NCBI GenBank assembly: GCA_002306385.1
Contig: DBRV01000003.1
Span: 861 to 64,860, forward strand
Reading direction: 5' to 3'
Source: Candidatus Falkowbacteria bacterium UBA1359
Lineage (GTDB): Bacteria; Patescibacteriota; Patescibacteriia; Patescibacteriales; Patescibacteriaceae
Length of the DNA stretch: 64,000 nucleotides
Made by a program: the position numbers and the translations under genes. The notes below the pieces were generated by a model, which was not told where the DNA came from, searched no databases, and was given only the letters and a program-made list of their open reading frames with translations. This document shows, in pieces, positions 48,100 through 57,426 of this stretch; position 1 is the stretch's first letter, and each line of letters starts with the position of its first letter.

Positions 48100-49383
48100 T
48101 TAGTCTTTTGCTTTTTTAATAGATTTTTTACCTGTCTTTTTAGAAATAGCGTCTTGTGTTTTGTTATTTTTTGTCTCTTTATCTATTGGTGATTGCTTGT
48201 CTTGCTGACTCTTGTCTTTCTTGGACTGGTCATTTACTTTTTTAGGTTCCTCCTCATTGTCTTCGGGCGGATTATTAGAGGATGATGCCCTAGAGACTTT
48301 TTTATTTATACTAGCTAGCCCAAGGCGATGATTATCTGGCTCTAGAGAAATAATTATAAATTCAGCTTTAGAATTTGGTGTATAGGCTTCAGTTATTTTT
48401 TGTCCAGGTTTAAGGGCTAATTGACTAACATGAGCTAATCCATGTATATCTTTGTCTAGTTCAACAAAAAGGCCGAAGGGGTTGACTTTTAAGACCGTCC
48501 CCGTAACCTTTTGTCCGACCTTGTATTTTTTAGCAACATCTCTCCATGGGTCATGGACTAATTTTTTGGCAGATAAGAAGATTTTTGAGCCGTCAATAGA
48601 GATAATCTCAGCTCTAATTTTGTCTCCTATTTTGTATAGTTCATTAATATCATCAATTCTTTGCCAAGCCAGTTCACTAATATGGATTAAACCCTCTAAA
48701 TCGTTATCAAAATTAATAAATAGGCCGAAGCCAGTAATAGCAGTAATAACCCCTTCTACTATACTACCAACTTTATAGCGAGAAATAACATCTTTTTGTT
48801 TATCTTGCCAGGCATCTTTTTCGCTAACAATAAATTTTTTTTCATTTTCATCTAGGGCTATGATTTTTACTTCTAATTCAGAACCAACCAGAGTTTTTAG
48901 TTTTTCTAGAATCTTAGTTTTATCGCCTCCACTTACTCGAGGATAATTATTTGGCGCTAATTGAGATACTGGTAGAAATCCAGTGAGTTGAGAGAGAGCA
49001 ACTATTAATCCACCTCGATTGGCATCTAAAACTTTAACTTTAATATTAGTTTTATCGGCATAATTTTTTTGGAGAAGCGCCCAGCTTTTTTGCTCATCAA
49101 TATGACGAAAAGATAGCTCTAGCTCACCATTTTCATTATCTATATCAATTAATGTAGCCTCAATTTCTGTATTAATTGGCAGTTTGGTATAGTCATTAGT
49201 ACTAAAGTAGAGTTCACGTCCTCGAATGACACCGGTCATCACACCATTGATATCTACCTTGACTTCAGATTTAGAGGTAGAAATAACTCGTCCAGAAACC
49301 GTATCACCGACTTTAGGGATGGGTATTGGGTCTTTTTCTAATAATTTACTAAATTCTTTCTCATTGTCCTTTGTTTGGTTCAT
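48100..49383 (-). CDS. rpsA: 30S ribosomal protein S1 (four S1 domains)
   Basis: Repeated S1 motifs (GFLPVSQL, GLIHISEL, GLAHVSQL); charged low-complexity tail. Confidence 0.92.
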   Translation of the reverse strand: MNQTKDNEKEFSKLLEKDPIPIPKVGDTVSGRVISTSKSEVKVDINGVMTGVIRGRELYFSTNDYTKLPINTEIEATLIDIDNENGELELSFRHIDEQKSWALLQKNYADKTNIKVKVLDANRGGLIVALSQLTGFLPVSQLAPNNYPRVSGGDKTKILEKLKTLVGSELEVKIIALDENEKKFIVSEKDAWQDKQKDVISRYKVGSIVEGVITAITGFGLFINFDNDLEGLIHISELAWQRIDDINELYKIGDKIRAEIISIDGSKIFLSAKKLVHDPWRDVAKKYKVGQKVTGTVLKVNPFGLFVELDKDIHGLAHVSQLALKPGQKITEAYTPNSKAEFIIISLEPDNHRLGLASINKKVSRASSSNNPPEDNEEEPKKVNDQSKKDKSQQDKQSPIDKETKNNKTQDAISKKTGKKSIKKAKD

Positions 49384-49391
49384 AAAAAATA

Positions 49392-49474
49392 ACTAGGCTA
49401 ACACCTAGTAGGAGATTAACCTCTAGCAAAATTGTCAATTTTTGCTGAAGTCTTTTGGTTCACCTTGCCAAAAG
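49392..49474 (-). promoter_or_regulatory. Multi-hairpin 5' leader of rpsA (candidate autoregulatory element)
   Basis: Consecutive inverted repeats on the plus strand: ACTAGG/CCTAGT, GAG/CTC, AGCAAAA/TTTTGCT, CTTTTGG/CCAAAAG. Confidence 0.5.
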
Positions 49475-49560
49475 TTTTTAAATAGGTGTAAGATAAAAAC
49501 ATCTTAAAAGATTTTTTTAAAAAAGGCAAGTAGATAGGTAAATAGTGATGTTGATGGTTT

Positions 49561-49623
49561 TGCTATAATGCTGTTAATGGAATTAGGTGTTCTTTAAAAA
49601 TTAAACTAAAAATAAAGGAGGTG
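49561..49623 (+). promoter_or_regulatory. Extended -10 promoter, boxA-like element and SD (unit C)
   Basis: TGcTATAAT (49561-49569); TGTTCTTTAAAA (49588-49599); AAGGAGGTG (49615-49623). Confidence 0.65.
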
Positions 49624-49627
49624 TTCC

Positions 49628-51049
49628 ATGAAAAGGAACCGCATCTTTTTAATGGCCATTTTTTTAATGGCTATCACGTCTCTGCCAGCTCAAGCTGGGC
49701 CCCAGCAATTATGGTCGATTACCCTAGATCTTTTTCTGACCGAGCCTGAGGTTACCAATAATCTAGTGGTGATAGGTGATAACCTATATCTATTAGCAGA
49801 GACATTGGGCAATGTCCCATATCTTTTAAAGTTGGTCCAGGTTAATAAGACGACAGGAGAAGTCGGCTGGATAAGAAATCTGCCCTCGCAGGGGCTGGAG
49901 GTGGTCAATAATCAGTTAGCGGTGAGCCCCGATAATAATCTTGTGTTGGCTCATGCTGGCATTGTTCACAAAATATGTCCGGAAAACGGGCAGGACATAT
50001 GGACTCATGATTTTACTAATGATTCACCGGCTCTTGTTTGCCGATTGTGTGCTACTGCTGATTATTTGATCTGTTTGGATTGTTTTTCTCATTTATTTCT
50101 TGTGGACTATTCCGATGGTCATACTATTGGTACCTTGTTTGTATCTCGGGGGTATTATAGTGTTGATAGCAAGGGTGGAAATACTATTTTTATGGGTCAA
50201 AGAGACGGTCTACATGGTTATGACCCAAATAAGAGCGTTATAAGTAAAATAGTGGTGGATACCACTGCTACCACATGGGACAGCTATCAGACAGAGTGGC
50301 GCGTAGAGTTTCCTGAAGCGCTTCCTCGTGTATTACTAGATGGCAGCTGCAGTTCCCTATATGTTGTTGGAACTGATTATAGCCTACCCAGTGAGTTGTG
50401 TTCACTGCGCTATTTAGATGCCTCAAATGGTAATTGCCTTTGGTCAGTACTATTGCAGAGTTCTACTTTCATAAGAGGTATGATCAGCAGTGATAGTGAC
50501 GCAGAGGCTGAAGGAATTTTTTTATACGGAAGACATCTAGCGAATCCACTGCTGCTTAGTTATAGTGCCTCTGGTTATCTGAACTGGATATTTAGTCCAG
50601 TATTACCAGGTGGGGCTGTAGATGGTCAATACGAAGATGCCATCTGGGATGGTGATACTTTGATACTTATTGCCCCGATAGCCGAGTGGGGGTCGAACCT
50701 ACTTGCTGACTACTTGTGGTTGTCGGCTATTTCTACTGTTAATGGCGTGGAAGATGGAGCTAGTGTCCCCATTGTTAGTCAGGCTACTTGCTATCCTAAT
50801 CCTTTTCGGGGTAGTACGTCCCTTAAATTTAAACAAGCAGTTGCTGGACCAGTTACTGTTGGTATTTATAATATGAAGGGACAGTTAATAAATACCCTAG
50901 TTAATGCTCAGCCATTTACTTGTGGTGAGCATGCCATTAATTGGGATGGCAAAAATAGTCGGGGACAGAAAGTAACCCCCGGCATTTATTTATATAAAAT
51001 TACTGTTGACCATTTTTCCCTAACCGGGAAAATGGTTTTGGTAAAATAA
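49628..51049 (+). CDS. Secreted PQQ-like beta-propeller protein with C-terminal FlgD-Ig/T9SS-CTD-like domain
   Basis: Signal peptide (AQA/G); repeats TGEVGW, NGQDIW, NGNCLW, SGYLNW; C-terminal YPNPF...IYNMKGQLINTL...WDGKNSRG...GIYLYKI...KMVLVK. Confidence 0.85.
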   Translation: MKRNRIFLMAIFLMAITSLPAQAGPQQLWSITLDLFLTEPEVTNNLVVIGDNLYLLAETLGNVPYLLKLVQVNKTTGEVGWIRNLPSQGLEVVNNQLAVSPDNNLVLAHAGIVHKICPENGQDIWTHDFTNDSPALVCRLCATADYLICLDCFSHLFLVDYSDGHTIGTLFVSRGYYSVDSKGGNTIFMGQRDGLHGYDPNKSVISKIVVDTTATTWDSYQTEWRVEFPEALPRVLLDGSCSSLYVVGTDYSLPSELCSLRYLDASNGNCLWSVLLQSSTFIRGMISSDSDAEAEGIFLYGRHLANPLLLSYSASGYLNWIFSPVLPGGAVDGQYEDAIWDGDTLILIAPIAEWGSNLLADYLWLSAISTVNGVEDGASVPIVSQATCYPNPFRGSTSLKFKQAVAGPVTVGIYNMKGQLINTLVNAQPFTCGEHAINWDGKNSRGQKVTPGIYLYKITVDHFSLTGKMVLVK

Positions 51050-51059
51050 CTAACAACAT

Positions 51060-51088
51060 CCGGTAGTTGAACAAACTACCGGTTTTTT
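51060..51088 (+). terminator. Intrinsic terminator of unit C
   Basis: CCGGTAGTT-gaaca-AACTACCGG followed by TTTTTT. Confidence 0.9.
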
Positions 51089-51186
51089 AATGAAACATGT
51101 TGACATTTTTTTACGGCCATGCTAACATCCCCCATCACTTTTATACTACCCATGCTTGTTTTTTAGTTTCTGGATCTAAAAGTTTT

Positions 51187-51768
51187 ATGGATTATTCGTG
51201 TTGTAGTCCTTATTTGTTTAGTAAAAAACGTAATAGACAAATTAGTTGTTGGTTGCTAGGGGTAGTAATCTGGGAGTTATTACTATTGCCAAGGCCAATT
51301 TTGGCTGATGCAAAACAAAGGCCCAGGGCTCAGGCCAAGTCATTGGTATTTGATTTGACTATTAATAATATAGAGCCAAGTGATTTAGCTAATGAAAGAT
51401 TATCGCTTCGTTTGCCCGAAAAGGATATTATAGTAGAAGAGATTACCAAAACAGTTAGTGAGTCTAGTAGTAGTCTTTATATTATTACTGCCTATAATTC
51501 TAGTATGAGCCAGTGTGATGCTTCGCCTTGCATTACTGCTAGTGGTTTTAATGTTTGTAAACATAATATTGAAGATACGGTGGCAGCTAATTTTTTACCC
51601 TTAGGGACGAAGATCAAGATTCCAGATTTATTTGGCGAGCAAATTTTTGTGGTGCGAGACAGAATGCATCCTCGCCATCATAATCAGATTGATGTGTGGA
51701 TGAAAGAATATAAAAAAGCTAAACAGTTTGGTGTTAAAGTGGCAAGAATTGAAATTATAAGTTTTTAA
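51187..51768 (+). CDS. 3D-domain protein (lytic transglycosylase-like)
   Basis: ITAYNS...DASPCITASG, AANFLPLGTKI, VRDRM, IDVW; start uncertain (51187 preferred). Confidence 0.85.
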   Translation: MDYSCCSPYLFSKKRNRQISCWLLGVVIWELLLLPRPILADAKQRPRAQAKSLVFDLTINNIEPSDLANERLSLRLPEKDIIVEEITKTVSESSSSLYIITAYNSSMSQCDASPCITASGFNVCKHNIEDTVAANFLPLGTKIKIPDLFGEQIFVVRDRMHPRHHNQIDVWMKEYKKAKQFGVKVARIEIISF

Positions 51769-51775
51769 TTTTATA

Positions 51776-51807
51776 TCAAAACACTCCATAGGTATGGAGT
51801 GTTTTGA
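51776..51807. terminator. Bidirectional terminator between convergent genes
   Basis: TCAAAACACTCCATA-gg-TATGGAGTGTTTTGA. Confidence 0.85.
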
Positions 51808-51833
51808 GTTATAAGTTTAAAATTTTTATTTCT

Positions 51834-52100
51834 TCATTGCCCTTTGGTGGCGTTTAGTTTTTTTTGCAAGCGAGATTTTTTTCTGCTAGCCGTATTCTTT
51901 TTAATTACCCCCTTTTTAGCAGCCTTATCTAATGTTTTAGCGGCTTGTTTGACTAAATCATGGGCTTGGGGATTTTTGGCACTAATAGCCCGGCGACTGC
52001 CCTTGACCATTTTTTTAATTTCCTGTCGAGTTGCAGCATTACGGGTAGTACGTCTCTTGCTTTTGCGCAACTCTTTTTTGGCTGATTTTAGATTAGGCAT
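51834..52100 (-). CDS. rpsT: 30S ribosomal protein S20
   Basis: MPNLKSAKKELRK, LDKAAKKGVIKKNTASRKKSRL. Confidence 0.97.
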   Translation of the reverse strand: MPNLKSAKKELRKSKRRTTRNAATRQEIKKMVKGSRRAISAKNPQAHDLVKQAAKTLDKAAKKGVIKKNTASRKKSRLQKKLNATKGQ

Positions 52101-52147
52101 AATTGGAATTAATAAAATAAATAAAGCATTAAAGCAAATTTATCATA

Positions 52148-52936
52148 TTAAGGATTTTTGTGCAAGATTAACGGATAAATAATTAGCCATAAGCCAACAA
52201 GAATCATGAAGCAACTTATCCATTGTGGCCAGCGCCAACCTAAAAGGTATAGAGTAGGGTCTTGTCGCCAAAATTCTATGATAAAGCGGATTAGGCCATA
52301 ACCAATTAAATAAGTAGCTACAATATATTGTGCTTTGATAGTGTGACGATTTAGATAGTATAGGATGAGGGCTAATAGGCTACAAGCTATGGACTCGTAA
52401 AGAAATAGAGGATGGAAGTGGGTAGTGGTTAAATATTCTATGGGGCGGTAGACAACATCAATAGGTATGCCCCAGGGGCGATTAGTGGGTGGGCCAAACA
52501 ATTCTTGATTAAAAAAATTACCCCAGCGGCCGATAGCTTGTCCCAACGCCAAACCAGGCGTAAGCCAGCTAGCGACCTGCCAGGAAGGCCAATGTCGTTT
52601 ATGACAAGTAAGCAGTAGAGCTAAGCCACCACCAATAATGGCTCCATGAATTGCTAGGCCGCCTTCCCAGATTTTAACAATATCTATTAGATTATGGCTA
52701 TAATCAGGCCAGTGTATAATGACATGGTAAAGTCGGGCACCAATAACCCCACTAATGATAACGTTAAATGCTAGGTCTAATAAATCACTGGATTTCCAGT
52801 TATGTTTTTTAGCTAATGACCAGGTAAGATAGTACCCTATAACCATCGCTAAAACCATTATGAGGCCATACCAATAAAAATTTACTGGGCCAATACTAAA
52901 GATTACAGCTGAGGGTGGGTTATTGAGCCAATACAT
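52148..52936 (-). CDS. lgt: Prolipoprotein diacylglyceryl transferase
   Basis: WYG, GARLYHV, WEGGLAIHG, GRWGNFFNQELFG, HPLFLYE. Confidence 0.97.
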   Translation of the reverse strand: MYWLNNPPSAVIFSIGPVNFYWYGLIMVLAMVIGYYLTWSLAKKHNWKSSDLLDLAFNVIISGVIGARLYHVIIHWPDYSHNLIDIVKIWEGGLAIHGAIIGGGLALLLTCHKRHWPSWQVASWLTPGLALGQAIGRWGNFFNQELFGPPTNRPWGIPIDVVYRPIEYLTTTHFHPLFLYESIACSLLALILYYLNRHTIKAQYIVATYLIGYGLIRFIIEFWRQDPTLYLLGWRWPQWISCFMILVGLWLIIYPLILHKNP

Positions 52937-52995
52937 AATTATAAATTAATAAAAGGCTGGACTTCTTTAATTATTATATAGGTTTTTTAATAAAG

Positions 52996-53025
52996 AAAAA
53001 AGGCCGATTTGTTTTTAATCGACCT
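52996..53025 (-). terminator. Intrinsic terminator of unit D
   Basis: Minus strand AGGTCGATT-loop-AATCGGCCT followed by a T-tract. Confidence 0.75.
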
Positions 53026-53037
53026 CTGAAAAATCAA

Positions 53038-53469
53038 TCAATAAAAAGAATTTTTCCAATCAGGCCTCCACTCCTGATTGGTTTGAAATCTGACTTGCTT
53101 ATTGCTCAGATTTAAATCAAACAATTCAGATTTCAACTTTTTTTCATTGAGGGTATCCCCGATGATTAACTTAGCCCCATGCGCTGTGGCTAATTTATAA
53201 AAATCCAATACAGTTTTTGCGCTTGGGGGGTTTATCAACACAATATAATCTATTGTTTGGTCTTCTAGATAGGCATTAGCTAGATGGGCGGTCTCATAGC
53301 TAACATTATCAAGTCCTTCCCAGAAGACAGTGTTTATAGCCCCTCCATAGGCTATGTTGTTTTGCCCATCAATAATTAAATATTTCTTGGGCAATGCTAT
53401 CAACACTACTAGGGTGACTATTAGCATAGTCACCAGGGCTATTAATATTTTTTTTACTTTTTTTGGCAT
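53038..53469 (-). CDS. Orphan membrane-anchored or exported protein
   Basis: 143 aa, N-terminal TM, strong SD, own promoter and terminator. Confidence 0.8.
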   Translation of the reverse strand: MPKKVKKILIALVTMLIVTLVVLIALPKKYLIIDGQNNIAYGGAINTVFWEGLDNVSYETAHLANAYLEDQTIDYIVLINPPSAKTVLDFYKLATAHGAKLIIGDTLNEKKLKSELFDLNLSNKQVRFQTNQEWRPDWKNSFY

Positions 53470-53474
53470 TTTTG

Positions 53475-53533
53475 CCTCCTTTTATTTTAAAGAACAGTTT
53501 TGTTATTATACTATAATATATGCTATTTGTCAA
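53475..53533 (-). promoter_or_regulatory. Consensus sigma70 promoter, boxA-like element and SD (unit D)
   Basis: TTGACA (53533-53528), 17 nt, TATAAT (53510-53505); TGTTCTTTAAAA (53496-53485); AGGAGG (53480-53475). Confidence 0.75.
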
Positions 53534-53598
53534 TAGCAATATATACATAATTTATTTTTTCTTTAGAATGGTCCTTATAATCTAATAAGTAATTGCCG

Positions 53599-55980
53599 TT
53601 ATTCCCTTTTCCGCGGTTTAAACTTAGCCAGAGCTATAGTAGTTTTTAGAACAGTATCAGGGTTAAGAGAGATGCTATCAATACCACAGGCTAACAGGAA
53701 TTTGGCAAATTCTGGGAAGTCGCTTGGTGCTTGACCGCAGATACCAACTTTAGTATGAGTTCGGTGACCAACTTCAATTAAAAATTGAATCAGAGATTTA
53801 ACTGAAGGGTTATTTTCATTAGATTGTCCAGCGATTTGTAAATTGCCAGCATCACGGTCAATGCCCAATGTTAACTGAGTTAGGTCATTAGAACCAATAG
53901 AAAAGCCATCAAAAACTTTGGCAAAATCGTTAGCTAGTAAAATATTAGTGGGAATTTCGGCCATAACATAGATTTCCAGTCCATCACGTCCTTGCTTAAG
54001 GCCATATTTAGCCATAGTTTTAATGACTAATTTACCTTCTTCAATGGTGCGGCAAAAGGGGACCATAATCTTTAAATTTTTGAGACCGAATTCTTCCCTG
54101 ACTTTCTTTAGAGCTAGACACTCTAGAGCGAAGGCTGGTTCAAATTTAGGATCATAATAGCGGCTAGCGCCACGCCAGCCGATCATGGGATTAGATTCTA
54201 CTGGTTCATAATCTTGGCCGCCAATTAAGTTAGCATATTCGTTAGTTTTAAAATCGGAAAGACGGACAATAACATCCTTAGGATAAAAGGCGGCGGCAAT
54301 AGTGCCTACACCTTGAGCTAATTTGTCAATAAAGAATTGTTTTTTGTCTGAATAGCCAATAGTTAATTCATCTATTTGTTTTTTAAGCTGAGGATCCTTA
54401 ATTTTATGATAATTAACTAGAGCTAGGGGGTGGATACGGATATAGTCATTAACAATAAACTCTTCTCTAGCTAGTCCGACACCATCATTGGGCAGGAAGG
54501 AATTAGCAAAAGCAATGTCTGGCGAACCGACATTAAGCATAATTTTGCAATCTGGTCGAGGTATTTTTTGAACATTGGTCTTTTTGATAGAAAAGGGGAT
54601 TTTACCTTCGTAGACAAAACCGACATCACCTTCAGCACAACTCACGGTTACGGTTTGGCCAGTAGATAATTTTTTGGTAGCATTGCCCGTGCCTACTATA
54701 CAAGGAATGCCTAACTCTCTAGACACAATAGCAGCATGACAAGTGCGGCCACCTTTATCGGTTATGATGGCGGCAGCCATTTTCATAATTGGCTCCCAGT
54801 CAGGATCAGTCATAGCGGTTACGAGGATTTGCCCGGGCTTAAATTTATTAATATCTTTAACATTAATAATCCGATTAACTATTCCTGCCCCGACACGGCT
54901 CCCCACACTGCGGCCCTCCACTAAAACTTTACCTCTTTTTTTAATGGTATATTCTTCCAGAATATTATAATCACGCTGGCTATTAACAGTCTCAGGGCGG
55001 GCTTGTACCATATATAGTTGGCCGTCTTGACCGTCTAGGGCCCACTCCATATCCATTGGTTTTTTATAATGTTGTTCTATAGCCATGCCCCAGCGTGCCA
55101 GAGTTTTTACTTGGTCATCGGAAATGGAAAATTTAAATTGGTCTTTTTTGGGTACCGGGATATTTTTAACTCGGGAAGTGGCTTTGGTTTTTAAGTCATA
55201 AACCATTTTTATTTTTTTCTCTCCCAGGGTTTTATCAATAATGGCGAGGGTTGGTTTAAAAACATAAAATTCATCAGGATTGACCCGGCCCTGGACAATA
55301 TTTTCTCCCAAGCCATAAATAGAATCAATAATTACTACATTAGAAAAACCAGTTTCCGTGTCAATAGTAAACATTATGCCTGACGAGCCCAGGTCACTGC
55401 GGATCATTTTTTGAATTCCGACAGACAAGGCAATAGAAAAATGGTCAAAATTTTTATCAACGCGGTAAGAAATAGCCCGGTCAGTAAATAGTGAGGCAAT
55501 ACATTTTTTAACAGCCATAAGGACATTGGCTTCTCCACTGACATTTAAATAGGTTTCTTGCTGGCCAGCAAAAGAAGCATCGGGTAAATCTTCGGCAGTA
55601 GCTGAAGAACGGACAGCCACGCTTAAATTTTTTGTTTTATAAAAACTGCTAAGCCGGTGGTAAGCGATAATAATTTCTTTTTGCAAATCTTTTGGTAGTT
55701 CAACTTTTAGGATAGCTTGCCTAGCTAGACGGCCTCGTCGAGCCAAGTCAGGAATATTATGAGTATCTAGGCCAGCTAAAATTCCTTCTAGCTTCTTTTG
55801 TACCCCCGAGGTTTTTAAAAAATAATAATAAGCGTCAGCCGTAGTGGCAAAACCATTAGGAATTCGAACCCCAGATTTAGTTAATTTTTGATACATTTCT
55901 CCGAGTGACGCATTTTTGCCACCCACAATAGGGACATCTTTAATGGTTATTTCATTAAAGAATTTAACATATTGGCTCAT
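53599..55980 (-). CDS. ppsA: Phosphoenolpyruvate synthase
   Basis: VGGKNASLGEM, VRSSATAEDLPDASFAGQ, GGRTCHAAI (phospho-His), FSIGSNDLTQ, GICGQAPSD. Confidence 0.98.
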   Translation of the reverse strand: MSQYVKFFNEITIKDVPIVGGKNASLGEMYQKLTKSGVRIPNGFATTADAYYYFLKTSGVQKKLEGILAGLDTHNIPDLARRGRLARQAILKVELPKDLQKEIIIAYHRLSSFYKTKNLSVAVRSSATAEDLPDASFAGQQETYLNVSGEANVLMAVKKCIASLFTDRAISYRVDKNFDHFSIALSVGIQKMIRSDLGSSGIMFTIDTETGFSNVVIIDSIYGLGENIVQGRVNPDEFYVFKPTLAIIDKTLGEKKIKMVYDLKTKATSRVKNIPVPKKDQFKFSISDDQVKTLARWGMAIEQHYKKPMDMEWALDGQDGQLYMVQARPETVNSQRDYNILEEYTIKKRGKVLVEGRSVGSRVGAGIVNRIINVKDINKFKPGQILVTAMTDPDWEPIMKMAAAIITDKGGRTCHAAIVSRELGIPCIVGTGNATKKLSTGQTVTVSCAEGDVGFVYEGKIPFSIKKTNVQKIPRPDCKIMLNVGSPDIAFANSFLPNDGVGLAREEFIVNDYIRIHPLALVNYHKIKDPQLKKQIDELTIGYSDKKQFFIDKLAQGVGTIAAAFYPKDVIVRLSDFKTNEYANLIGGQDYEPVESNPMIGWRGASRYYDPKFEPAFALECLALKKVREEFGLKNLKIMVPFCRTIEEGKLVIKTMAKYGLKQGRDGLEIYVMAEIPTNILLANDFAKVFDGFSIGSNDLTQLTLGIDRDAGNLQIAGQSNENNPSVKSLIQFLIEVGHRTHTKVGICGQAPSDFPEFAKFLLACGIDSISLNPDTVLKTTIALAKFKPRKRE

Positions 55981-56126
55981 GTTTTTGTTGGCGCCTCGTC
56001 TAAATTGAGGAGGCTAATTATAATAATTAATATTGTTAGTGATAACTATTGTGAAATTATAGCATGGAATAGCAGTCTTGACAAAAGACTATTTTTACCT
56101 GACAATAGCTTATTAGCTAAATTTAG

Positions 56127-56208
56127 GCAGGCGTGGTGAAATTGGTAGACACGCATGCTTTAGGAGCATGTGGAGCAATCCATGTGGGTTCAAGTCCCGC
56201 CGCCTGCA
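56127..56208 (+). tRNA. tRNA-Leu(TAG)
   Basis: GCAGGCG...CGCCTGC-A, anticodon arm CATGC-TTTAGGA-GCATG, variable arm. Confidence 0.96.
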
Positions 56209-56216
56209 CTGAGACT

Positions 56217-57419
56217 ATGTTAAATTTTGAAGAAACAATCTTACAGACCATCAAGCAAGCCCATCATGTTTTAGTAGCTGCTGATATTAAAAGTACTCCT
56301 AGCAATGGTGCGGCAGCTACAGCCCTAGTTAGTGGGTTGAGGCAGGCTGGTATTCAGGCTGACTTTGTAGCTAATGCCTCACTTGATGCTAGTTGGTCGG
56401 TATTGGGATCAATTATTCAGCCTAACCTGGAATTACCCAGCGAGGATTTTATTATTAGCTTAAACTTAAGTCGCACTAAAGTTGGCCAGGTAAAATATAA
56501 AATTGAAGGTGATAAATTAAAATTTTTTGTTAAGCCCAATGGTGGTCAATTCACCGAAGAAGATGTAGAGTTAATTTTTGGCCGTCCGCCTTATGATTTG
56601 ATAATTACCATAGGGGTGGCCGCTCCTGAAGTACTGGGTGAAATATATAATCAAAATTCTGGTTTATTTTATCAGACACCAATAATTAACATAGATTGTC
56701 AGGTAGATAATGAAAATTACGGTCAAGTTAATTTGGTAGACTTAGTGGCTAGTTCGACGGCTGAGATTGTTTATGATTTATTTCGAGCTCTAGATTGGCA
56801 CATAGATGCTGATGTGGCTACTTATTTATTAGCAGGGTTAATTTATGAAACTAAAAATTTTACCAATACTAAGGCAACACCCCAAGTATTAGTAGCAGCT
56901 GCGAATTTAATTAAAGAAGGGGCACGACGTGAGGCTATTGTTAATGAGTGGTATGCTTCTGTTGAACTCTCAACCTTGCATTTGTGGGGTAAAATTTTAT
57001 TAAATCTGGAACAAACCGAAGATGGTTTAGTTTGGTCTAAATTGGATAGTAATGAGGTTGTACCTTCTGTGTCTTTAATCCGTCAGGCTATTGAGCGATT
57101 GTTAATTGGTCTGCAAGATGCTAAAGTAATAGCAGTTTTTTATAACCTGGCCTCAGCTCAGCCAACTGTTTCTCTGTCACTGCTAAAGAACCAGGGATCT
57201 CTTAAAGAAGTTAATAAATCATTAGAGCGGGCTAGCTCAGAAACTGGGACAGGGGTAGTAGTTTATGCGACTGGAGCCATTAATCTTCAGTCTTGGTTAC
57301 AAGACTTTAGTCCAGTAGGCTCAGAACATTTTGTGACTTTCACTAGCAATTTGCCTCTTTCATCTACCATGGAATTAATTTTGCCAATTTTAAGCCAACG
57401 ATTAGCTGAGATAAAATAA
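56217..57419 (+). CDS. Degenerate DHH-family protein (catalytic motifs lost)
   Basis: IINIDCQVDNENYG where DHH is expected, ASSTAEIVY, ATYLLAGLIYETKNF; true start 56217 (the ORF-track extension overlaps the tRNA). Confidence 0.8.
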   Translation: MLNFEETILQTIKQAHHVLVAADIKSTPSNGAAATALVSGLRQAGIQADFVANASLDASWSVLGSIIQPNLELPSEDFIISLNLSRTKVGQVKYKIEGDKLKFFVKPNGGQFTEEDVELIFGRPPYDLIITIGVAAPEVLGEIYNQNSGLFYQTPIINIDCQVDNENYGQVNLVDLVASSTAEIVYDLFRALDWHIDADVATYLLAGLIYETKNFTNTKATPQVLVAAANLIKEGARREAIVNEWYASVELSTLHLWGKILLNLEQTEDGLVWSKLDSNEVVPSVSLIRQAIERLLIGLQDAKVIAVFYNLASAQPTVSLSLLKNQGSLKEVNKSLERASSETGTGVVVYATGAINLQSWLQDFSPVGSEHFVTFTSNLPLSSTMELILPILSQRLAEIK

Positions 57420-57426
57420 ATAGTAA

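Noticed and set aside
56133..56216. N-terminal extension of the DHH-like ORF
   Set aside because: It is tRNA-Leu sequence; the real start is 56217.
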